Origin: an uncultured Clostridia bacterium
Lineage (GTDB): Bacteria; Bacillota; Clostridia; Oscillospirales; CAG-272
DNA length: 52,630 bases
Direction of reading: 5' to 3'
Assembly: GCA_937893945.1 (NCBI GenBank)
Contig: CALCTA010000087.1
Location: forward strand, 1 to 52,630
The notes under the pieces are model-generated. The model saw only the letters and a list, made by a program, of their open reading frames with translations. It did not search any database and was not told the DNA's origin. Each line of letters opens with the position of its first letter. The stretch's first letter is position 1. The position numbers and the translations under genes are program-made. Below are positions 18,154 to 26,589 of the stretch, piece by piece.

Positions 18154-19068
18154 TTAATTTAGTCCATCGATGTATCTGCACGCCGCGAGAGCCGCAACGG
18201 CGCCGTCAGCGGCGGCGGTCGTAACCTGGCGAATTCTCTTGGTTCTGCAGTCTCCCGCGACAAACACGCCGGCGGTATCGGTAAGACAATCCTCACCTGC
18301 GATGATATATCCGTAATTGTCAAGCGCCGTAAGCGAAGCAAAAGCCTGATTTTCGGGCTGCTGACCGATAGCTACGAACATACCGTCAAGCTCAAGTGTT
18401 GAGATCTCGTCGGTAGCCGTGTTTTTGAGAGAGATAGCGCGAAGCTCGCCGTCCTCGGAAGAAAGAGAGGTAACGACTGTATCGAATATCATCTTTACGT
18501 TGCTCTTTCGCTCGAGTATCTGCAAAAGCTTTTTCTCGCCCGTCATAAAGGAAAGATTTTGCACGATAACTACCTCAGAGCAGAGATCAGAAAGCATTAC
18601 CGCCTCTTGAAGCGCGGTGTTTCCTCCGCCAATAACCGCAACCTTTTTACCCGCGAAGAACGATCCGTCGCAGACAGCGCAGAAGGAGATTCCCGAACCG
18701 ATAAGCTCCTCCTCGCCCTCAAGGCCGAGATGACGGTGCTTAGAACCGGTAGCGATTATTACAGACTTGCCCTCAAAATCTCCGTACTCAGTCGAAACTA
18801 CCTTGTAGTCGCCCATATCGGTTATCTTTTCAGCCGCCGCAAGCTCTATCTCTGCACCGTGAGCCATTACCTGCTCAAGCATCTTTTCAGCGAAAGCGCT
18901 TCCGCTTATCTCCATGACGGAGGGATAATTTTCAAGCTTGGGAGAATAGGTTATCTGTCCACCAAAGTTTTCTTTCTCAAGAAGCAGAACGCTCTTGTCG
19001 GCGCGAAGCGCGTAAAGAGCGGCAGTCATTCCCGCAGGACCTGCTCCAATAATAATAATATCCTTCAT
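18154..19068 (-). CDS. trxB: Low-Mr thioredoxin reductase homologue (FAD, CxxC) lacking the NADPH HRRxxxR motif
   Basis: GAGPAG FAD motif, redox CAVCDG and GGGNTALQEA. The position of the canonical HRRDxxR is occupied by QNLSFMTG (nt 18538-18561). I chose the ATG at 19068 (MKDIIIIGAG) with a GAAAGG RBS. The track start at 19083 is a TTG without an RBS. Confidence 0.85.
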   Translation of the reverse strand: MKDIIIIGAGPAGMTAALYALRADKSVLLLEKENFGGQITYSPKLENYPSVMEISGSAFAEKMLEQVMAHGAEIELAAAEKITDMGDYKVVSTEYGDFEGKSVIIATGSKHRHLGLEGEEELIGSGISFCAVCDGSFFAGKKVAVIGGGNTALQEAVMLSDLCSEVVIVQNLSFMTGEKKLLQILERKSNVKMIFDTVVTSLSSEDGELRAISLKNTATDEISTLELDGMFVAIGQQPENQAFASLTALDNYGYIIAGEDCLTDTAGVFVAGDCRTKRIRQVTTAAADGAVAALAACRYIDGLN

Positions 19069-19111
19069 AAATAGCCTTTCCAAAACTTACAGTCTTTAAA
19101 CAAAATCAAGT

Positions 19112-19141
19112 GGTGGGCACAGCTTATACGCAATGCCCACC
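19112..19141 (-). terminator. Hairpin downstream of nrdD
   Basis: GGTGGGCA (19112-19119) pairs with TGCCCACC (19134-19141). On the minus strand it is followed by a T-rich tract (ACTTGATTTTGTTT). Confidence 0.55.
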
Positions 19142-19165
19142 CGGGATCAAAAATCGTTTTTATGA

Positions 19166-21550
19166 TTACTTTCCGTAGTTTTCAGCAAACTTGCGAACGT
19201 TAGAGACGTTAACTATCTTGTCAAACTTGTCTCCGTTGAGAATAACGAGCGTGGGGGCAGCGGTTACGCCATACTGCTTAGCACGGTCGGGCTCCTTGTC
19301 CGCATAGACCTTCTCGTAAGCTACGCCTGCTTCAGTAAGGAACTTTTCAGCCATCTTGCAGTTGGGGCAGGTGGTGGTAGCGAAGAGGAGGATCTTAGCG
19401 CTGACAGGGGCTGCGGCGCAGCAGCACTCGCTAAAGATATCCTCTTTTTCAAAGTTGCCGAACTTGCGCTTTGACATAGAGTCAGCGATGTTGTAGAGCT
19501 TACGGTTCTTATATTCCTCAGCCTTACCGTCGTTCCAAGCCTGAACGGGACGGTAGTATCCTGTAATACGGCTATATACCTCAGTCTTTTCTCCACAGAA
19601 GGGGCAGGAGAACTTCTCGCCCGCGATATATCCGTGTGCCTTACATACAGAGTATGTGGGAGAGAGCGAATAGTAGGGAAGCTTGTAGTTCTCAGCAATC
19701 TTTCTTACGAGATTTGCCGCAGACTTCCAGTCGGGAAGCTTCTCGCCCATATAAGCGTGGAAAACAGTACCCGAGGTGTAGAGAGTCTGAAGCTCGTCCT
19801 GAATATCAAGAGCATCAAAGATGTCGGAGGTATATCCAACGGGAAGATGCGAAGAATTGGTGTAGTAAGGAGTGTTGCCCTTTTCGGAAGCTGTAATGAT
19901 GTCAGGGAAGCGCTTGAGGTCGTGCTTTGCAAGACGGTAAGAGGTAGACTCTGCGGGAGTAGCCTCAAGGTTGTAGAGGTCTCCGTACTTCTCCTGATAA
20001 TCGGAGAGACGGTTTCTCATATGGTTGAGGACGTCCTTAGTAAACTGCTGTGCTTCCACTTCGGTAAGGCTCTTGCGGAGCCACTTTGCGTTAAGGCAAG
20101 CCTCGTTCATACCTACAAGACCAATGGTAGAGAAGTGATTCTCAAATGTTCCGAGGTATCTCTTGGTGTAGGGATAAAGTCCCTCGTCGAGAAGCTTTGT
20201 AATAACTGTTCTCTTGATCTTGAGAGAACGTGCGGCTATATCCATCTTGTGATCGAGACGTGCATAGAAATCAGCTTCGTTTTCAGCAAGATATGCAATT
20301 CTCGGCATATTGATGGTTACAACGCCGATAGAACCCGTGCTCTCACCGCTTCCGAAGAAGCCGCCCGACTTCTTGCGAAGCTCACGGAGGTCAAGACGCA
20401 GACGGCAGCACATGCTTCGTACGTCGCTGGGCTCCATATCGCTGTTGATATAGTTAGAGAAGTAAGGAGTACCGTACTTTGAGGTCATCTCAAAGAGAAG
20501 GCGGTTGTTTTCGGTCTCGGACCAATCAAAATCCTTGGTGATGGAGTAGGTGGGGATAGGATACTGGAAGCCTCTTCCGTTAGCGTCGCCTTCGATCATA
20601 GTCTCGATGAACGCCTTATTTACCATATCCATTTCCTTCTTACAATCCTTGTACTTGAAGTCCATTTCCTTACCGCCTACGATAGCGTTAAGCTCCGCGA
20701 GGTCAGCGGGAACTGTCCAGTCAAGAGTGATGTTGGAGAAGGGAGCCTGAGTACCCCAACGGGAAGGAGTATTTACACCGAAGATAAAGGACTCGATGCA
20801 CTTTTTGACCTGATCGTAGGAGAGGTTATCTACCTTAACGAAAGGAGCAAGGTAGGTATCGAAGGACGAGAACGCCTGAGCTCCTGCCCATTCGTTCTGC
20901 ATGATTCCAAGGAAGTTTACCATCTGATTGCAAAGTGTTGCAAGATGGCTTGCGGGAGCGGACGTGATCTTGCCCGTAACACCGCCTAAGCCCTCCTGAA
21001 TAAGCTGCTTGAGCGACCAACCTGCGCAGTAACCTGTGAGCATAGAGAGGTCGTGCAGATGGATGTCTGCGTTTCTGTGAGCGTTTGCGATCTCCTCGTC
21101 GTATATCTCGGAGAGCCAGTAGTTCGCCGTGATAGCACCCGAGTTGCTGAGTATAAGACCGCCTACAGAGTAGGTAACAGTCGAGTTTTCTTTAACTCTC
21201 CAGTCAATATTCTTAACGTAGCTGTCCACGATATCCTTGTAGTCAAGAATAGTGGATTTCATATTACGGAGCTTTTCTCTCTGCTTACGGTAGAGGATAT
21301 AAGCCTTTGCTACATCTGCGTATCCCGCCTGAACGAGAACAGACTCAACGCTGTCCTGAATGTCCTCAACGGAAATAAGACCTTCCTTGATCTTAGGCTC
21401 AAACTCTGCTGTAACCTTTAATGCAAGAAGATCGATAACTGTAGGGTGATAATTTTTTTCTTGTGCTTCAAACGCCATCTTGATGGCTTCGCTGATCTTG
21501 GAAATATCAAAATCTATGACTTTTCCGTCTCTTTTTAAAACCTGATACAT
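19166..21550 (-). CDS. nrdD: Anaerobic (class III) ribonucleoside-triphosphate reductase with a fused C-terminal thioredoxin/glutaredoxin-fold domain
   Basis: 794 aa. N-terminal ATP-cone (MYQVLKRDGKVIDFDISKISEAIKMAF). Zn ribbon CKAHGY..CPFCG. Glycyl-radical motif SRITGYYRPV. An extra 76-aa tail follows, KILLFATTTCPNCKMAEKFL...APTLVI (CPxC plus cis-Pro context). AGGAGG RBS. Confidence 0.93.
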   Translation of the reverse strand: MYQVLKRDGKVIDFDISKISEAIKMAFEAQEKNYHPTVIDLLALKVTAEFEPKIKEGLISVEDIQDSVESVLVQAGYADVAKAYILYRKQREKLRNMKSTILDYKDIVDSYVKNIDWRVKENSTVTYSVGGLILSNSGAITANYWLSEIYDEEIANAHRNADIHLHDLSMLTGYCAGWSLKQLIQEGLGGVTGKITSAPASHLATLCNQMVNFLGIMQNEWAGAQAFSSFDTYLAPFVKVDNLSYDQVKKCIESFIFGVNTPSRWGTQAPFSNITLDWTVPADLAELNAIVGGKEMDFKYKDCKKEMDMVNKAFIETMIEGDANGRGFQYPIPTYSITKDFDWSETENNRLLFEMTSKYGTPYFSNYINSDMEPSDVRSMCCRLRLDLRELRKKSGGFFGSGESTGSIGVVTINMPRIAYLAENEADFYARLDHKMDIAARSLKIKRTVITKLLDEGLYPYTKRYLGTFENHFSTIGLVGMNEACLNAKWLRKSLTEVEAQQFTKDVLNHMRNRLSDYQEKYGDLYNLEATPAESTSYRLAKHDLKRFPDIITASEKGNTPYYTNSSHLPVGYTSDIFDALDIQDELQTLYTSGTVFHAYMGEKLPDWKSAANLVRKIAENYKLPYYSLSPTYSVCKAHGYIAGEKFSCPFCGEKTEVYSRITGYYRPVQAWNDGKAEEYKNRKLYNIADSMSKRKFGNFEKEDIFSECCCAAAPVSAKILLFATTTCPNCKMAEKFLTEAGVAYEKVYADKEPDRAKQYGVTAAPTLVILNGDKFDKIVNVSNVRKFAENYGK

Positions 21551-21599
21551 TTTTCCTCCTTAAAGATCGTCATTAGAATAAAATTGTTTTACAAATAAC

Positions 21600-21628
21600 A
21601 GTATACAATAAAAAGCGAAAAATGTCAA
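21600..21628 (-). promoter_or_regulatory. Sigma-70-type promoter for nrdD
   Basis: Minus strand reads TTGACA-17 nt-TATACT (-35 at 21623-21628, -10 at 21600-21605). Confidence 0.65.
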
Positions 21629-21638
21629 TTGTGAGAAA

Positions 21639-21654
21639 TCACAATATATTGATT
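21639..21654. promoter_or_regulatory. NrdR box (proximal)
   Basis: TCACAATATATTGATT matches the core of the 16-bp NrdR palindrome consensus acaCwAtATaTwGtgt. It sits 10 nt upstream of the nrdD -35 element. Confidence 0.7.
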
Positions 21655-21670
21655 TGTTTTTTGTTTAATA

Positions 21671-21686
21671 ACACTATATATTGTGT
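21671..21686. promoter_or_regulatory. NrdR box (distal)
   Basis: ACACTATATATTGTGT matches the NrdR consensus at every position. It starts 32 bp from the proximal box, the usual spacing for tandem boxes. Confidence 0.85.
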
Positions 21687-21700
21687 TAAAGCGTTAAAAT

Positions 21701-22396
21701 TTACACACCCCGTAGTATCGCTTGAGGGAGTATCTCTCGCACAGCCTCGTGAAGTTCAAGCATCTCCGCGTCCTCATAAGCGGTGTATCCCGAGGCGAGA
21801 ACATCACCTGAATCAACGTATTTCTGCAAGAAATATCTCTTGGCGTTCTTGAGCTTATTTGCGATAGATATAAGATCCTCTCGATCGTGAAGCTCACGGA
21901 CAACAGTCGTGCGGAATTCGTAATCGGGTGCTTTCTTCATTATTATATCGATGCTTCTGTCAACGACCGAAACGTCAAAGCTATCTCCAAGACCTACCGT
22001 TATGCCGTACTTTTCGTCAGAATTCTTGACGTCCATTGCCACGTAGTCAAGCAAGCCCTTGTCAAGCAACGACTCAAGTCTTTCGGGAAACGCGCCGTTA
22101 GTATCAAGCTTTACAAGAAGACCGTAGCTCCTTATTTTGACGATAAGCTCTTCAATGTCCGGATTAAGCAGAGGCTCTCCGCCCGTTATGCAAACGCCGT
22201 CAAGAAGTCCCCCGCGCTTGTCAAAATAGGAGAAAAGCGCGCTCAAAGGTATTTCCTCGACCTCGCCCGCGCGAAGCACAAGCGAAGCATTATGGCAGAA
22301 TGGGCAGCGAAAATTACAGCCTGCGGTAAATATAGTGCAGGCAAGCTTTTCGGGATAATCAAGCAAAGTGGTTTTTTGCAAGCCTTTGATAGTCAT
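21701..22396 (-). CDS. nrdG: Anaerobic ribonucleotide reductase activating protein (radical SAM)
   Basis: 231 aa. CNFRCPFCHN radical-SAM cluster motif near the N-terminus. Adjacent to nrdD. AAGGAG RBS. Confidence 0.9.
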   Translation of the reverse strand: MTIKGLQKTTLLDYPEKLACTIFTAGCNFRCPFCHNASLVLRAGEVEEIPLSALFSYFDKRGGLLDGVCITGGEPLLNPDIEELIVKIRSYGLLVKLDTNGAFPERLESLLDKGLLDYVAMDVKNSDEKYGITVGLGDSFDVSVVDRSIDIIMKKAPDYEFRTTVVRELHDREDLISIANKLKNAKRYFLQKYVDSGDVLASGYTAYEDAEMLELHEAVREILPQAILRGV

Positions 22397-22439
22397 AAAG
22401 GTCTCCTTATGTGAGAAAAATTAAAATTAAAAATTACTA

Positions 22440-22468
22440 TTGATTTTTCCTTTGATATGTGTTAAAAT
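22440..22468 (+). promoter_or_regulatory. Sigma-70-type promoter with extended -10 for the XRE regulator gene
   Basis: TTGATT (22440-22445)-17 nt-TAAAAT (22463-22468), with TG at 22460-22461 giving TGnTAAAAT. Confidence 0.65.
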
Positions 22469-22474
22469 ATCAAA
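22451..22474. promoter_or_regulatory. Inverted repeat TTTGATAT-N8-ATATCAAA overlapping the promoter (candidate operator)
   Basis: Perfect 8-bp arms at 22451-22458 and 22467-22474. The repeat spans the spacer and -10 of the promoter above, within the nrdG / XRE divergent intergenic region. Confidence 0.5.
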
Positions 22475-22519
22475 TGTAAATACAATTTACCTTATAATAA
22501 AGAAAACAGACGGTGAAAA

Positions 22520-23410
22520 ATGACTATTGGTGAAAAGATAAAAAAGCTTCGTACAGATAAGCTCATGTCTCAAAGTGAGCTTGCCGGCAGCGAGATAACG
22601 AGAAATATGCTCAGTCAGATAGAGCACGGAAGCGCACTTCCTTCGCTAAGCACGATCAGATACATAGCCGCTCGTCTTAACGTCTCTCCCGGATTTTTAC
22701 TCGCCGAGGACGAGGATGAAATGCTGTATCTTAAGCAGAGCGAGATAAACAACATAAAAAAAGCCTTTACGGCGAAGAATTTTTATCTCTGTAGAGAGAT
22801 GTGTGAAAACTGTAGCTGGAGCGACGACGAGCTTATGCTGATATCGGCAGAAAGCAGTCTTGCGGTAGGTGCTGAGGAGTTCTGCAAGGGAAATCTGCAC
22901 ACCTCCGCCGAGATACTCGACGAGGCACTGCGATACCGTGAGAACACCATATACAATACAGATGTTATTCTGTTTAAGGCAAGAGCTTACTTTTTGTATA
23001 TGGGACTTATATCTCCCATGCTCGTATCAAACGTTATAGAGGATATTGAAAAAGAGGATATAATAATGTTCACCGACAGCTTCTCGGTTTACTGCGATAT
23101 GATCAATGATGCAGAGGAGCGCGGTTGGGACGGCGTCTCTCATCTTTCGGAACGTCTCGGATTGCTTCCCGAGGAAAGCTCGTTTTCATTGCACGTAAAC
23201 GCGAGAATACTGATGGAGCACGGAGATTATAAAGAGGCGCACAGACTACTCTATAAGCTTCTTTGCGGCGAGGACTACGGTATGCCCGAGCCCATGCTTT
23301 ATTTTGTTTTCTGCGACCTCGAGACATGCTGCAAGGAGATCGACGACTTCAAAGGCGCTTACGAATATTCGGGAAACAAGATGGCACTTCTGCAAAAGCT
23401 GCTTGCTTGA
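22520..23410 (+). CDS. XRE-family HTH transcriptional regulator with a ~230-aa helical (TPR-like) C-terminal domain
   Basis: N-terminus IGEKIKKLRTDKLMSQSELAGSEITRNMLSQIEHGSALPSLSTIRYIAARLNVSPGFLL is a canonical HTH_XRE. The remainder is predicted helical, with an RNPP/TPR-like architecture. Confidence 0.8.
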   Translation: MTIGEKIKKLRTDKLMSQSELAGSEITRNMLSQIEHGSALPSLSTIRYIAARLNVSPGFLLAEDEDEMLYLKQSEINNIKKAFTAKNFYLCREMCENCSWSDDELMLISAESSLAVGAEEFCKGNLHTSAEILDEALRYRENTIYNTDVILFKARAYFLYMGLISPMLVSNVIEDIEKEDIIMFTDSFSVYCDMINDAEERGWDGVSHLSERLGLLPEESSFSLHVNARILMEHGDYKEAHRLLYKLLCGEDYGMPEPMLYFVFCDLETCCKEIDDFKGAYEYSGNKMALLQKLLA

Positions 23411-24247
23411 TCAATTATTATCGGACGGGGAGAGATCTCCGTCCTTTTTCTTTAAGCGCTCAAAGAAAAGGTTTATAATAAAGAGAGCCACGAGATACGC
23501 AACCGCGCCGTAAATAAAGTCAGAGAGATAATAAACTACCATTATCATGACCTCACCGAAGGATTCGGGAGCGCCGACAAAAACGTCGTTTATTATGCGC
23601 GTGCCTACCTTGATGACGGTGATCAATATACCCATTTTTATTGCCGAGCGCTGCAGAGGATTGTACCAATCAATAAATTTGGAAAAGGGAAGAACACTTC
23701 CGATCTGCTCGGCTTTGGCTCTTGCCTTGTCGCGCTTGGAGCTTCTGAGAGCCTCAATAGATGAAAGATAATGGCTTGAGTCGGTAGTAGCAAAGATATA
23801 TACCGCAAGAAGCTGAAGCAGATATAAAACGAAATATACCGAGAGATATATTACGTCTATAATTATCTGCTGACTGTTTCCGAGCGAGCCGTAAATAACT
23901 ACGTTCATAAGTATCTTTACGGGGATAACAAGGAGATACGTAGCCGCATAGAAAACCGCTATAAATCCCGAACGCTTTTTGTCAAGCAAAAGCGACGAAA
24001 AGATAATAAGAGCATACGCCGAGGAAAATGCGAACAGGTCAAAGAAATCCTGAATGTATTTTATCACTACCGTAAGCAATGAGCCTGAATAAAGCGTGTT
24101 CGCCTCAAGCGTTGCGTAAATTGGAATTATTACTAAATTATTCAGAATAAGCGGAAGCAAGAAAAAGAGTGCCATAAACAGCCACAGCATCTTGCTTACA
24201 CGTTTTTTGTTGTTCAGCTCTGTCTGACAGGCAATAAGCTCGGTCAT
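23411..24247 (-). CDS. Hypothetical polytopic membrane protein (about 6 TM)
   Basis: 278 aa, very hydrophobic (Leu/Ile/Tyr/Phe-rich), with a central charged loop (SSKRDKARAKAEQ). AGGGGG RBS. I recognise no family. Confidence 0.6.
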   Translation of the reverse strand: MTELIACQTELNNKKRVSKMLWLFMALFFLLPLILNNLVIIPIYATLEANTLYSGSLLTVVIKYIQDFFDLFAFSSAYALIIFSSLLLDKKRSGFIAVFYAATYLLVIPVKILMNVVIYGSLGNSQQIIIDVIYLSVYFVLYLLQLLAVYIFATTDSSHYLSSIEALRSSKRDKARAKAEQIGSVLPFSKFIDWYNPLQRSAIKMGILITVIKVGTRIINDVFVGAPESFGEVMIMVVYYLSDFIYGAVAYLVALFIINLFFERLKKKDGDLSPSDNN

Positions 24248-24456
24248 ATAGTCCCCCTAAAGATATATTTAGAACATTATATCACAAAACTTATGAAAAG
24301 TGTATAGGTATTTGTAAATTATTTTTTATTAAGAAAATTTGTTTAAGAAAATGTAAATTAATTTTTTTATTGAAGAAAATATCAAAATAACTGTTTACAA
24401 AATGAAAAAAATGTAGTAAAATATATGCAGTATGTATATAAAGGGGTAATTTGCTT

Positions 24457-25176
24457 ATGTGTAACGCTTCACAGCCAAAGTACAAGAGAATTCTCCTCAA
24501 GCTCTCCGGCGAGGCTCTCGCAAGAGACAAGGAAGGAATTCTTGATTTCGATTTTATCACCTCAGTGGCAGAAGTCCTGAAAAAATGCGTTGACGCAGGG
24601 ATACAGGTCGGTGTTATAGTAGGTGCGGGAAACATATGGAGAGGTAGGCAGGGTGGCTCTATGGACAGAGTCCGTGCCGACCAGATGGGAATGCTCGCCA
24701 CCACTATAAACGCTCTCGCGCTTGAGGAGACCTTCAAGCAGTGCGGACTTTCTGCTGTCGCTATGACAGCCGTTGAAATGAATGCCTTTGCAGAGCAGTA
24801 CACTCCCAGAGCTGCCGTTGCGGCGCTTGAGGAGGGAAAGGTCGTTATCTTCGGATGCGGTCTTGGTTCACCCTTCTTCTCGACCGATACAGCAGGCGCG
24901 CTCCGTGCGGCTGAAATAGGTGCTGACGCGTTGCTTCTGGCTAAGAACATAGACGGTATCTACACGGCTGATCCCAAGATAGATCCGACTGCCGTACGCT
25001 ACGATGATATTTCCTACAACGATATTCTCAGTAAGGAGCTTAAGGCTCTCGATCTTACTGCAGCTGCATTCTGTATGGATAACAACATCTGCGCTTATGC
25101 CTTTGAGCTTAAGGATCCGATGAACATATACCGTGTTGCTATGGGCGAAAAGATAGGCACTGAGCTTCACAGATAA
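24457..25176 (+). CDS. pyrH: UMP kinase
   Basis: KRILLKLSGEAL and GAGNIWRG motifs. I chose the ATG at 24457 over the TTG at 24451; the choice is uncertain by 2 codons. Confidence 0.92.
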   Translation: MCNASQPKYKRILLKLSGEALARDKEGILDFDFITSVAEVLKKCVDAGIQVGVIVGAGNIWRGRQGGSMDRVRADQMGMLATTINALALEETFKQCGLSAVAMTAVEMNAFAEQYTPRAAVAALEEGKVVIFGCGLGSPFFSTDTAGALRAAEIGADALLLAKNIDGIYTADPKIDPTAVRYDDISYNDILSKELKALDLTAAAFCMDNNICAYAFELKDPMNIYRVAMGEKIGTELHR

Positions 25177-25231
25177 TTCGTTCCCGAATAAATTTAAATT
25201 AACGAAATATAATACTATACGGAGGTTTATT

Positions 25232-25786
25232 ATGAAACTCAATACAAAGGATTTTGAGACAAAAATGCAGAAATCCGTAGCTTCCTATCAGGAGAGCCTT
25301 ACGGTCATTCGCGCAGGTCAGGCTAATACCGCTATACTCGCTAAGGTAAGCTTTGAATACTGGGGCGCGCCCACACTCATCAGCTCCATGGCTGACGTGC
25401 GCGTTGCAGATACCAAGACAGTTACTATCACCCCCTATGATGCTTCCACGCTTAAGGCTATGGAAAAGGCTATTCTCGCGTCTGACATAGGAATCACCCC
25501 CACCAATGACGGTAAGGTTATCCGTCTCGTATTCCCCCAGCCTACAGAAGAGCGCCGTAAGGAGCTTGTAAAGCAGGTTCAGAAGATGGGCGAGGAGGCT
25601 AAGGTAGCTATCCGTAACATAAGAAGAGACGCTAACGATCTTTGCAAGAAGATGAAGAAGGACGGCGAGATGACCGAGGACGAGCAGAAGGCATCCGAAA
25701 AGTCTGTTCAGGATCTCACCGATAAGTACATTAAGGACATAGATGGCGTTACTGCCAAGAAGGAAAAGGAGATCATGCAGATCTGA
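25232..25786 (+). CDS. frr: Ribosome recycling factor
   Basis: 184 aa. Typical Frr sequence (VRAGQANTAIL, ITPTNDGKVIRL, EERRKELVK). pyrH-frr synteny. Confidence 0.93.
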   Translation: MKLNTKDFETKMQKSVASYQESLTVIRAGQANTAILAKVSFEYWGAPTLISSMADVRVADTKTVTITPYDASTLKAMEKAILASDIGITPTNDGKVIRLVFPQPTEERRKELVKQVQKMGEEAKVAIRNIRRDANDLCKKMKKDGEMTEDEQKASEKSVQDLTDKYIKDIDGVTAKKEKEIMQI

Positions 25787-25796
25787 CATCAGTGTT

Positions 25797-25825
25797 CAGG
25801 GCGGGTGGAATGCCCGTCCTGTTTT
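25797..25825 (+). terminator. Intrinsic terminator / attenuator after frr
   Basis: CAGGGCGGG-TGGAAT-GCCCGTCCTG stem with one mismatch, followed by TTTT. Confidence 0.65.
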
Positions 25826-25859
25826 CTGTTAAATATGCTATTGTGATAGGAATTTAGAT

Positions 25860-26576
25860 ATGGCTCTTGTTAAAGACAGTGCTCCGAAAAACGATTGCCC
25901 GATAAAGCACGTGGCTTTTATTATGGACGGCAACGGAAGATGGGCTAAAAAAAGAGGAATGCCGAGAGAATTCGGACACAAAAAAGGCGCGGAGACCTTC
26001 AAAAAAATAATGGAATATTGCGGCGAGCTGGGCGTCATGTCGGCAACCTTTTACGTCTTTTCCACAGAGAATTGGAAGCGCTCGGAAAAAGAGGTAAGCG
26101 CTCTTATGCGACTGCTTGACGAGTATCTTGACGACTGCTATATCCAGCTGAAAAGGAAAGAGCGCGACGTTCGCTTTGTATTTCTCGGAGATAAATCTCC
26201 TTTCACTCCTTCGTTGAGGGAGAAGATGGAGAGGATAGAAGAGGACAGTAAAAATAATTCGAGAATAGTAAACCTCGCAATAAATTACGGCGGAAGAAGC
26301 GAGCTTGTCAATGCTTTCCGTACTCTTATCAAAGAGGGAAAGACAGATATCTGTGAGGAAGATATTACGCGCGCGCTTTATACAAAGGACTCCCCCGAAC
26401 TTGATATGGTAATAAGAACGGGCGGAGATATCCGCATATCCAATTTCCTGCTTTGGCAAACGGCTTATGCCGAATTATATTTCACCGACAAGCTCTGGCC
26501 GGATTTTGACACTGACGACCTTGATGCCGCTATTGAGGTATTCAAGAGCAGGCAGAGAAGATTTGGCGGAGTGTGA
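25860..26576 (+). CDS. uppS: Undecaprenyl diphosphate synthase
   Basis: HVAFIMDGNGRWA and RTGG..RISNFLLWQ motifs. Confidence 0.93.
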   Translation: MALVKDSAPKNDCPIKHVAFIMDGNGRWAKKRGMPREFGHKKGAETFKKIMEYCGELGVMSATFYVFSTENWKRSEKEVSALMRLLDEYLDDCYIQLKRKERDVRFVFLGDKSPFTPSLREKMERIEEDSKNNSRIVNLAINYGGRSELVNAFRTLIKEGKTDICEEDITRALYTKDSPELDMVIRTGGDIRISNFLLWQTAYAELYFTDKLWPDFDTDDLDAAIEVFKSRQRRFGGV

Positions 26577-26589
26577 AAGGATCGATACG

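Noticed and set aside
23380-23480. I looked for a small signalling-peptide gene next to the XRE-TPR regulator (RNPP-style quorum sensing), and noted the palindromic TGATCA formed by the abutting convergent stop codons (23408-23413).
   Set aside because: No short ORF with an RBS lies adjacent, because the next gene is a convergent 278-aa membrane protein. The TGATCA is simply two head-to-head TGA stops.
24290-24400. Three copies of AAGAAAAT in the AT-rich region upstream of pyrH.
   Set aside because: The motif is short, low-complexity and expected by chance in DNA this AT-rich, with no symmetric or phased arrangement relative to the promoter.
24291-24950. A 219-aa minus-strand ORF overlapping the pyrH promoter region and the first two-thirds of pyrH.
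   Set aside because: It is antisense to an unambiguous UMP kinase gene, has a low-complexity Ala/Ser/Pro-rich translation, and has no RBS.
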